Part shown: positions 25,783-33,728 of the stretch, piece by piece | How positions within the stretch are numbered: the stretch's first letter is position 1 | Layout of the letters: every line of letters starts with the position of its first letter | NCBI GenBank assembly: GCA_964585935.1 | Contig: CAZPFO010000003.1 | Location: 2,544 to 66,543, forward strand | Reading direction: 5' to 3' | Length of the DNA: 64,000 nucleotides | Origin: an uncultured Methanosarcinales archaeon | GTDB lineage: Archaea > Nanobdellota > Nanobdellia > Woesearchaeales > GW2011-AR4 | Notes under the pieces: generated by a model | Told to the model about the DNA's origin: nothing | The model's database searches: none | What the model saw: only the letters and a program-made list of their open reading frames with translations | Translations under genes and position numbers: made by a program

Positions 25783-26046
25783 ATGACAGAAGAAGGCAAA
25801 AAATTCTCAAAACAGCTTATAGGCAAGACTGTTGTAAGCAAGACGGGAAAAAGGTTCGGAGAAGTAGGAGACATAGTCTTTGAATCACGCTCTGGAGAAC
25901 TTATACACATGGTCCTGCATAACCCGACATCTTATACTGAAAAACTAGAGCTGGAAAAAGACAAGGACAACCACTTGCTGATACCGTTCAGCGCAGTAAT
26001 CGCCATTGGAGACTTCATGGTCATTGCTGAAGAAGATATTATCTGA
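25783..26046 (+). CDS. PRC-barrel domain protein
   Basis: LIGKTVVSKTGKRFGEVGDIVFESRSGELIHMVL matches the PRC-barrel pattern. AGGAGA RBS upstream. Confidence 0.6.
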   Translation: MTEEGKKFSKQLIGKTVVSKTGKRFGEVGDIVFESRSGELIHMVLHNPTSYTEKLELEKDKDNHLLIPFSAVIAIGDFMVIAEEDII

Positions 26047-26173
26047 TTCTTTATTTTCTAGATAAATATTTAAATCATCATATATTCTCTATTCTGGGGT
26101 TTATCAATAAAATTAATCAATAGAAAGAGTTCAATTAAATTATAAATAAAATTAAAAAATTTACCATTGGATA

Positions 26174-26312
26174 CACAAACACGATAACAATCAGTTGTGA
26201 ACGTGCATCTGCAGTCGTTTTTTAATTTTAATTTTCAAAACAAATAATATAATTAAATAAAATTAACTTAAAAACACACAAATAATTGTTAACGTATAAC
26301 ATAAACATTGAT
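26174..26312 (+). repeat. intergenic module copy 1 (hairpin + conserved box + T6, AT spacer, promoter-like box)
   Basis: Matches 36130..36265. Shared boxes are GTTGTGARCGYGCATCTGCAGYCGTTTTTTA and CACAAATAATTGT(T)AACGTRTAACATAAACATTGAT. Confidence 0.8.
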
Positions 26313-26316
26313 TAAA

Positions 26317-27273
26317 ATGTCAAACGCTATCTGGACTGAAAAATACAGGCCAAAAGAGTTCTCTGAAATAAAAGGCCAGAAGGAGATAGTCAAAAGAGTG
26401 AAGGCCTTTACAGAACAAAAAAACATGCCTCATTTATTGTTTGCAGGCCCTCCTGGTGTTGGAAAAACAACCTTGGCTTTGGTGATAGCAAAGAATTTTT
26501 TTAAGGAAGAGTGGCATCAGAATTTTCTGGAACTGAACGCATCTGACGAGCGAGGCATAGACATAATAAGGAACAAGGTAAAGGATTTCGCAAGAACAAG
26601 GGCAATAGGCGATGTTCCATTTAAGATAATTTATCTTGATGAATGCGACGCATTGACAAGAGAAGCCCAGCAGGCCTTGAGAAGGACAATGGAAAATTAC
26701 ACCAAAACCTGCAGATTTATCCTTTCAGCAAATTATTCTTCAAAAATCATAGACCCGATACAAAGCAGGTGCGCTGTTTTCAGGTTCAAGCTGCTGGAAA
26801 AAAAAGACATAAACTCACTCGTAGAAACAATAGCAAAAGAAGAAAACCTCAAGATAGATGAAAAAGCAGCAGATGCGCTTTATACAGTAAGCGAAGGGGA
26901 CTGTAGGAGAGTTGAGAACATACTGCAGAGCTCTGCAGCAATCTCCTCCACAATAACGGAAGACACTATTTACTCTATGGCATCTGTCGCAAAGCCAAAG
27001 GAAATCAAGGAAGTACTCGAATTAGCCATAAAAAACAGATTCATAGACGCAAGGAAGAAGCTTCTTGACGTGATGCTCAGTTATGGCCTCTCAGGTCATG
27101 ATGTTATAAAGCAGATACAGTCAGAAATCCTTGACCTTGATATGGATAACAGGAAAAAAATGGCTTTGATTGAAAAATGCGGAGAAACAGAGTTTAGGAT
27201 GACTGAAGGAAGTGATGAATACCTCCAATTAGAATCCTTACTAGCTTCTGTAACATTAACAGGTTCTGAATAA
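26317..27273 (+). CDS. rfcS: replication factor C small subunit
   Basis: WTEKYRP, Walker A GPPGVGKTT, LDECDALT, and SRC (QSRCAVFRF). The ORF-track TTG at 26308 is replaced by the ATG at 26317 (MSNAIW). Confidence 0.9.
   Translation: MSNAIWTEKYRPKEFSEIKGQKEIVKRVKAFTEQKNMPHLLFAGPPGVGKTTLALVIAKNFFKEEWHQNFLELNASDERGIDIIRNKVKDFARTRAIGDVPFKIIYLDECDALTREAQQALRRTMENYTKTCRFILSANYSSKIIDPIQSRCAVFRFKLLEKKDINSLVETIAKEENLKIDEKAADALYTVSEGDCRRVENILQSSAAISSTITEDTIYSMASVAKPKEIKEVLELAIKNRFIDARKKLLDVMLSYGLSGHDVIKQIQSEILDLDMDNRKKMALIEKCGETEFRMTEGSDEYLQLESLLASVTLTGSE
27205..27263 (+). repeat. rfcS 3'-end segment, copy 1 (in-gene)
   Basis: Encodes GSDEYLQLESLLASVTLTG. A diverged second copy lies about 180 nt downstream. 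Confidence 0.8.
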
Positions 27274-27278
27274 GGTCC

Positions 27279-27360
27279 GTGGGATTTCGTAGAAATCCCA
27301 CTAGAACACCTTCTTTGATCATTCGCCTTTACGGTGTACCAGAAATGCGAAGTATTTCTG
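27279..27360 (+). other. structured spacer: two perfect hairpins between the rfcS 3'-end copies
   Basis: GTGGGATTTC-gta-GAAATCCCAC at 27279..27301 and CAGAAAT-gcgaagt-ATTTCTG at 27340..27360. By eye the spacer is more GC-rich than its surroundings. Confidence 0.6.
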
Positions 27361-27385
27361 AGTATCTTCGTGAAGAAATGTGACA

Positions 27386-27457
27386 GACGGCTCTGATGAA
27401 TATCTCCAACTTGAAGCACTATTGGCAACAGTAACATTAACAGGAGAAAAACAATAA
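27386..27457 (+). repeat. displaced second copy of the rfcS 3' end
   Basis: Encodes DGSDEYLQLEALLATVTLTGEKQ* with many synonymous differences from copy 1 (for example AGT versus TCT for Ser). It is preceded by in-frame stops. Confidence 0.75.
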
Positions 27458-27476
27458 AAAGAAAAAAATAATAAGG

Positions 27477-28448
27477 TCAGTCTAACAAGTGCTTGACTAA
27501 AATTTTCGTATCCTTGTCATCTTCATAATTGTAATCCAAAGTAATCCTTAACTCTTTCTCAAAATCAGACCTGTCTGTGCTTAAATCCAGCGTGCACGAA
27601 ATAGACCTCTTCCCGTTAACAAGTGTGACAAAATCACTATTGCCCTGCAGACCACTGCAACTCACACTGCCCAGTCCAGGATCAACAGTAACCATCACCT
27701 TATTCAGGTTCCTTCTTCTTTCACTCGAGTCTGAAGGGCAGTCAGCAGCTTGCTGGCCACCACCATACTTAAAAATATCTCCATTCCCTCTATGCACTAC
27801 ATCAAAACTAAACCCTATTTTATCCCTGCCTACAACAGTCTCTTTAAAATTACTCAACTGCACAGGAGCTCCGGAACTATGTACTTGTTTGTTCTCACGC
27901 GGATCGCAAAGAGCACCATCCCTGACATTAATCAGGTCCCTTAAAACACAATACTGCGCCATCCCGGTTGTCTGGTACAAATAACATACATTTGCCCTGA
28001 AAGTGAATTCTTTTCTGTTACCCACTAACTTGCCGACATAATTCAGTTCATCATCCCCCTCAGGAAACTCAACAAAAACAGGCACGCCTTCAATAATATT
28101 GCCTTCTGTATCTCTGCTTCTCCCTATTAAATCATCTTCAGGCATCTGGTTTTGCAGCTGCTCTAGGTAAGATCCAAAATCCTCTGCTCTTATACCAAAT
28201 AAGCTTACCTTTATATCCTGCCTGCCAATATCAAACTCGCCATCATTCCTTAAGCTAACAAGAACATCAAAATCAAAAGTTCCGCTGTCAGTAACCTCTT
28301 CAGGAGGGCTTCCTTCTATAAAGTCTATAAAAACTCCTGTTGTGCCGCCTAAAAAAGGAGCAACACTACCTTGGGTTTCTCCGCCCTGACACCCTGCAAT
28401 AAAGAATAAACTGGTTACAAACATGACAAACAAAACATTTTTATTCAT
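27477..28448 (-). CDS. secreted lipobox protein, surface-module paralogue 1
   Basis: Signal peptide ending FIAGC. Shares the blocks SPPEEV.., VCYLYQT..C, SSGAPVQLSNF and the C-terminal LDYNYEDD with paralogues 2 and 3. GGAGG RBS. Confidence 0.7.
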   Translation of the reverse strand: MNKNVLFVMFVTSLFFIAGCQGGETQGSVAPFLGGTTGVFIDFIEGSPPEEVTDSGTFDFDVLVSLRNDGEFDIGRQDIKVSLFGIRAEDFGSYLEQLQNQMPEDDLIGRSRDTEGNIIEGVPVFVEFPEGDDELNYVGKLVGNRKEFTFRANVCYLYQTTGMAQYCVLRDLINVRDGALCDPRENKQVHSSGAPVQLSNFKETVVGRDKIGFSFDVVHRGNGDIFKYGGGQQAADCPSDSSERRRNLNKVMVTVDPGLGSVSCSGLQGNSDFVTLVNGKRSISCTLDLSTDRSDFEKELRITLDYNYEDDKDTKILVKHLLD

Positions 28449-28568
28449 TTTCGAACCTCCTTTTGAGTAATTATTTTATTTGGTTTATTTAAAGTTTACT
28501 AAAATCCAGGGGATTTTTGGACTTTTCATCTCAAATCCCTGATTTTTGCTCTTCAAACCCCTTAAAAA

Positions 28569-29681
28569 CTATGACTTAGGCACCTTCACAATCTCCACAC
28601 TTTTCGAGATAGTATCCCTATATCCATAAGCAAGCTCAATATACAATGGTGTGGAGTAGGCAGAGCTTACATCATCTTTATAGTCCTTTAAATTACAAAC
28701 AATAAATCCCTTATCATTTATCAGTCTTGCATAGCTTCTATGTTTTTGCTCTTTTCCATAACCCTGCACAGACACAGGAGCATCACAGTCTAACTTGCTT
28801 CCTCCAGTATCCCACCTGTAAACATCATCCCCCATCTGGACCCTGACCACTTTAACCAGATCAATATCGCTTTTTTTCAATACCCCTCCATGGGCAATAT
28901 CCTCTTTCTTATCCTTCCCAGAGCATCTTTTCAAAACATCAGTGGCAATAACATCCCCCTTGCCAACATTCTTGAAATGGATCTTGAACTGCAGGCTATT
29001 GCTCAAAGCCTGCACCTCAACCTGAGTTATAGCAACAGGCGCTCCCTGGCTGCTTAAGCTTATATCTTTTATTTCACAAACCTTCCTCTCATCCACAGTT
29101 GAGAAAGGCCTTGGATCAACACAAACATTCGGGCTGGCCTTAGTCTTGTAATCATAACAGGCAGTAACAAGGAAATTAGGAGTATATTTATCAGCCTCCA
29201 TATTTTTCAAATCAGCAGTCCCTACAAACTCCAACAGATCATAGCCTCCTCCGGGATTGTTGATGTTTTTCCCTTCCAGAATATCTGCTTTGTCTTCAAG
29301 AAGAAAATAAGGGTACTTGTTGATTTTACCGGCCTCCGCACTTTCAAATTCCCATTTATTTATGATATTTGGGTCAAAACCGCTTATAAGAATCACATCA
29401 TCCTCCTTGTCTGTTTTCCACAGCTCCATCCTGCCTTCTTCTACAGGATCAGGATAAGCCCCTTTATTCCACACTTCAATGCTGACAATTATTTTCAAAG
29501 TATCTTCGTCAGCATACATCTTGCTCGGAGGAGCCCCGGACAAAAATTTCACAATCAATCCATCTGTGCCTTTCCTGAACTCAGAGCCTTTCTCACCAGA
29601 AGATGTTGGAGGACTGCACCCAACAATAAAGATTACTATAACAAAAAAGCAAAGAACAAAATTTTTATTGATTTTTACCAT
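28569..29681 (-). CDS. secreted lipobox protein, surface-module paralogue 2
   Basis: ATG at 29681 (MVKINKNF..FIVGC); the ORF-track GTG at 29690 was rejected. Blocks GAPPSKM, ACYDYKTKASPNVCVDP, QGAPVAITQVEV and LAYGYRDT. Confidence 0.7.
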   Translation of the reverse strand: MVKINKNFVLCFFVIVIFIVGCSPPTSSGEKGSEFRKGTDGLIVKFLSGAPPSKMYADEDTLKIIVSIEVWNKGAYPDPVEEGRMELWKTDKEDDVILISGFDPNIINKWEFESAEAGKINKYPYFLLEDKADILEGKNINNPGGGYDLLEFVGTADLKNMEADKYTPNFLVTACYDYKTKASPNVCVDPRPFSTVDERKVCEIKDISLSSQGAPVAITQVEVQALSNSLQFKIHFKNVGKGDVIATDVLKRCSGKDKKEDIAHGGVLKKSDIDLVKVVRVQMGDDVYRWDTGGSKLDCDAPVSVQGYGKEQKHRSYARLINDKGFIVCNLKDYKDDVSSAYSTPLYIELAYGYRDTISKSVEIVKVPKS

Positions 29682-29721
29682 TATTAACACTTTTTATTTA
29701 ATTTATTTATTAATTTTTATT

Positions 29722-30717
29722 TTATGAAGACTCTATATTGAATCCTTTTGATATTGTCGAAGTATACCCATAATCCAGTACTATGCTCAAAGGAGTAAGA
29801 TAAGCTCTGTCAACAGTAATACCTTCCAATGTCTCACACCTGAAAACTCCTTCTTTTCCGCTGAGAACAATCTCTTGGTCACCCCCTTGTTTACAATCTA
29901 AAACAACATTATTAGATAATTTCGTCTCATCTTTATTAATCATGATAACATTAAAATATTTATTCTCTTCATTTGGTTTCCCTCCTCTAGCACCACAGGC
30001 ACTCATATAACTATCCTTCTTTACAACTTCTCCAATTCCTTTATTCTGGACATGCACTATGAATTCAGGCTTTACTAAGTTATCTTCTGCTGGCGCAATC
30101 TTCACCTCAATTTTTGTTATTGCAACAGGAGCACCTTGTCCAGTTAGAAACAATAAATCCTTTACCTCACATGCTTTCTCTACTCCGGCTAAATTATAAA
30201 AATCAGGATCAATGCATACAGTTGTGCTTAGCTTTGTCTGGTAAGGGTAACATGCAGTTGCAAAAACAGAGGATTCATGTATATTACTCAAAGAGCTTAA
30301 CTCCCTCGCTCCTAAGTAAGAATTAACAACAATCTCTTCCCCAACAGGATTGGATAAGGATCTTCCCCTAACACTAAAACTGGAGCTTTTCTCCTGCCCA
30401 TTGTACTCCACCCCATCACTTTCATCTATACTCTTAAAATCAACATAGCCTGATTCAGGGGTTATGACAAAAATGCCCTTCTCTTTCTCAAATCCGACAT
30501 CATAAGCTCCTTTATTCTCAACCCTGACAATCACATTAAATGGGGTATCCCCAAAAACCCTTTTCGGAGGAGCATTATTTACAAAGCTCATCTCAATACC
30601 TTTAGTGCCCTTATAAAGGCTGCTTGCTGCTTTTGTATCACCACCAGGAACAAGACCAATACAGCCCGAAATAATAAAAACCAATGCAAAACCTAAAATT
30701 AAATGTTTTTTTTGCAT
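29722..30717 (-). CDS. secreted lipobox protein, surface-module paralogue 3
   Basis: Signal peptide ending IISGC. Blocks NAPPKRV, ACYPYQTKLSTTVCIDP, QGAPVAITKIEV and LDYGYTST. Confidence 0.7.
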   Translation of the reverse strand: MQKKHLILGFALVFIISGCIGLVPGGDTKAASSLYKGTKGIEMSFVNNAPPKRVFGDTPFNVIVRVENKGAYDVGFEKEKGIFVITPESGYVDFKSIDESDGVEYNGQEKSSSFSVRGRSLSNPVGEEIVVNSYLGARELSSLSNIHESSVFATACYPYQTKLSTTVCIDPDFYNLAGVEKACEVKDLLFLTGQGAPVAITKIEVKIAPAEDNLVKPEFIVHVQNKGIGEVVKKDSYMSACGARGGKPNEENKYFNVIMINKDETKLSNNVVLDCKQGGDQEIVLSGKEGVFRCETLEGITVDRAYLTPLSIVLDYGYTSTISKGFNIESS

Positions 30718-30773
30718 TTTTATTTTTAAATCGACACCCCTTTTAAATTTGTTTTGATTCTTTCCATATAACT

Positions 30774-33662
30774 TTAACTGCTAATCTTAGATTCCGCACT
30801 TCTAACACTCTCTACAAAATTAACATCAGCACCTGTTCCACAACCCCAGCCATTATAACCCCTTAATGCAGCATTCCATTCTCTATACGACGCATAATCT
30901 TTTATGTATCTTGGGTCATGACACACATTATTATCAAGATCTTTAAAATAATCTTCACTAAATCCAGACTTATAGGATTCATATTTATCTTTCAATATAT
31001 TCAACCCGCATTTAATATTTTTTTCCAGGTTATACATATCACTAATACCCATCCCGCAAACTCTGCTAATATAGTCAGCATCATTTATATTCACTTGCAT
31101 CACCCCTATGCTGCTTTTATCGCCACTGGTAATGAGATATTCCTTAGAACAGGTATCTGCATCAGTAGTTTTGCAATTATCCCCTGTACCAGAACCTTCC
31201 TCACAACAATGCCTGAATCTACTTTCAACATAAACCAAAGCCAAAGCTAAATCCTCATCAACTCCCTCTTGTTTTGCAATATCACTTACCTTTCCGGCAA
31301 TTGTTTTATAGATTAACCACCTTGTCTTATCAACTCTGATTTCATCAAGTTCAGTTATTTTACTACCCTTCACAGTTCCAGGCTCAGACTGTACCTGCAC
31401 ATCAATATCTTTACTCACAGCATAATCATACCTTGCCTTTGCCCTGAAATATCTAAGTGTAAAGGGGGTTTTTCTCAGGATTTTAGGCTCCACCTTAAGC
31501 CTGCAGCTGAATGACCTATACCTATCAATATCTTTAAACTTATCAAAAACCAACCAGTCTTCAGCATCAACATCGATAGTATAACCATTATAATCTCCTT
31601 CTCCTTCCTCCCCTTCAAACAATATTTCGCAATCTTTCTCACAGCTTTCAAGCACACTGCTACATTCTTTATCACAATCTTTCGGCACGTTCGGTTTTTT
31701 ATTAGCTTTACAAACACTCACACACGGATCAAACGCCAAATTCTTGCACGACTTTCCCTTACAATCATCCTTTGTGTAAACCTTAAACTCCACAGTACAG
31801 TCATCCTCTAGATTTTCTATTAGGGCTCCAGGCGGCGTTAAAATCACGAGCTCTGTTAAGCTCCTTATAACCCCCTCCCAACCATCTCTGTTTTCCAAAG
31901 TAATTCCCAATCTTGGTCGGGAAACAACATCATCACCAACTTCAATTATTGGGGATGTAGTCTCCATGCCAATTATAACAGGCCCGTCTGTATAAATAGC
32001 AATTGGCTCTTTATCCTTTATCCCGTATTCTCTGAAAGGATCAAGCCCTTCTTTTGTCATATCTCTTTTTTTATCAATATCCATAAAATAAGACTTCAGA
32101 TAAGCTAATGTCTCAAAACTGAATTCAGCATCAACGGTTATTGTGTTTATCCCAAGATCAAAGAACCTAGCATCTTCCCTTATCTCAGTAAGGTCTATCA
32201 GCATCTTCTTAGGCTTAAAGCTACATTCAAAATCCCTTGTTTCAGAACTATATACTGTGAAAGTTTTATTAGGTATTACAGTTGTGGAATCAGTATCAAA
32301 AATAAATCCTTCTTTATAACATTTCATGTCTACATTAACCCCTTCTTCAAGGCTCCTTGCCTTTACACTTCCAAAAACAATAACCTCTTCTCCTTCATAA
32401 TACCTCGGCTGCGAAGTCTGCAGCTTTTCTATAAAAACACCTAACGGCCCATCCTTGTTTTTCTCAACCTCACCTTTGTAATAGCCCCCCGTTGCATGTA
32501 CAAGCTGCGCATCCAAATCAGCCTGAAAGCCTTCCCACGCCTTTTTGAAAGTATCCAGAACATTATTCAGTCCAACAGTGATAAAGTTAGATCCTTCCTG
32601 CCTCTGCTCATCAGTTAAAGTAGCGCCCATATTCTTCAATCCATCCAACCCACCAACAAAATAAAACACATTCATCATTATAACAATAAAAATAAGCATA
32701 CTCATCCCAAAAGTCCTTTTCTGCCGGTGAGAATATATTAACGCAAAATAAAACCATATTGGGATAATTAACCTGTTAGACACAAACGGATTATCAACAA
32801 ATTCTGCTAACAACCCAAACCCAAAAAAATCAAACAGCAAGAGGGCTAGAAAAGTATAATTCGCTCCTGTTGTCCCTCCAACCTTCTCGCCAGAATACCT
32901 GATATAGAGAAAATAAAAACCTAAAACAAACGCAAGATGAATAAGTTGCGTTCCCATACCACCTAAAAAGATAATCAAAGACAATGCTTCAGCAACCAAG
33001 AACCAGGAGATGAATTCCTTTGTATTTGGCCTATACAAAACCCAATACGCTATCAGCAACGTTAAAACAATACTATTAAAAAACCACCCAACATAACTCT
33101 CCATATTGGTAAAATAAAAATTATCCATGAACTTCCCGATATTTATCCCATTAAAGCCAAGAAACTTATCAATAAAATACAGCATAGCAGCCATAAGAAT
33201 AAACATCCTGCCGGATTCTTCATCACCCTCGAGCAACTTCCCCCTCATAATCTCTTTGGCTCTTGCTCCAACATCTCCAATAGGTTTTTTTATGCCTCTC
33301 CCAATCCTCACAATACCCTTTGGATGTTTCCCTATCCACTTCTTAGCTCTCTTTGTCCTATCTTCCAAATGATCAGCATACCTTCCAAAAATTGGTTTTT
33401 TTGCTTCCTCTGCTCTTCTATTCGCTTCCTCTTTCTCATCTCTCAATTCGTCTTCATATCTTTTTAACTCATCAGCAATTAGGGTTTCATCAGTCCAGCC
33501 TAGACCGGGACCTGGGGTTGTAGGGGCTCTTAAATATTTATCATGGGCCTTAATTCTGTCTTCAATCCATTTTTCATCTATACTGCTAAGAACACCACTC
33601 TTATCCTTAAACATCCTTTTAAGAGAATTAGCAAACTTCGAAGCACCTTCTTTTTTTGTCAT
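30774..33662 (-). CDS. 962-aa polytopic membrane protein with paralogue-like ectodomain, Cys-rich linker and C-terminal lytic transglycosylase (SLT) domain
   Basis: About 150 aa charged N-terminus and about 7 TM helices (aa 150-350). The ectodomain has GPVIIGMET and ARYDYAVS blocks, analogous to the lipoproteins. The last about 165 aa contain VYVESRF..SSIGVMQVN..NIKCGLNILKDKY..RGYNGWG. Confidence 0.7.
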   Translation of the reverse strand: MTKKEGASKFANSLKRMFKDKSGVLSSIDEKWIEDRIKAHDKYLRAPTTPGPGLGWTDETLIADELKRYEDELRDEKEEANRRAEEAKKPIFGRYADHLEDRTKRAKKWIGKHPKGIVRIGRGIKKPIGDVGARAKEIMRGKLLEGDEESGRMFILMAAMLYFIDKFLGFNGINIGKFMDNFYFTNMESYVGWFFNSIVLTLLIAYWVLYRPNTKEFISWFLVAEALSLIIFLGGMGTQLIHLAFVLGFYFLYIRYSGEKVGGTTGANYTFLALLLFDFFGFGLLAEFVDNPFVSNRLIIPIWFYFALIYSHRQKRTFGMSMLIFIVIMMNVFYFVGGLDGLKNMGATLTDEQRQEGSNFITVGLNNVLDTFKKAWEGFQADLDAQLVHATGGYYKGEVEKNKDGPLGVFIEKLQTSQPRYYEGEEVIVFGSVKARSLEEGVNVDMKCYKEGFIFDTDSTTVIPNKTFTVYSSETRDFECSFKPKKMLIDLTEIREDARFFDLGINTITVDAEFSFETLAYLKSYFMDIDKKRDMTKEGLDPFREYGIKDKEPIAIYTDGPVIIGMETTSPIIEVGDDVVSRPRLGITLENRDGWEGVIRSLTELVILTPPGALIENLEDDCTVEFKVYTKDDCKGKSCKNLAFDPCVSVCKANKKPNVPKDCDKECSSVLESCEKDCEILFEGEEGEGDYNGYTIDVDAEDWLVFDKFKDIDRYRSFSCRLKVEPKILRKTPFTLRYFRAKARYDYAVSKDIDVQVQSEPGTVKGSKITELDEIRVDKTRWLIYKTIAGKVSDIAKQEGVDEDLALALVYVESRFRHCCEEGSGTGDNCKTTDADTCSKEYLITSGDKSSIGVMQVNINDADYISRVCGMGISDMYNLEKNIKCGLNILKDKYESYKSGFSEDYFKDLDNNVCHDPRYIKDYASYREWNAALRGYNGWGCGTGADVNFVESVRSAESKISS

Positions 33663-33728
33663 TTTTATATTATATGGATTAGAATAAAACTCTTATTAGA
33701 ACGCTTCTTTATAAAATTTATTAAAAAA

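Noticed and set aside
27211-27267. C/D-box sRNA-like pattern: GUGAUGA at 27211 and CUGA at 27264, about 57 nt apart, with a second UGAUGA at 27394.
   Set aside because: The GUGAUGA/UGAUGA strings simply encode Ser-Asp-Glu in both rfcS 3' copies. No acceptable internal D' or C' boxes or terminal stem were found.
27096-27437. 113-aa minus-strand ORF spanning the rfcS 3' duplication.
   Set aside because: It is antisense to rfcS and to the structured spacer, has no promoter or RBS, and its translation has no recognisable features. The region is better explained by the duplicated 3' ends and hairpins.
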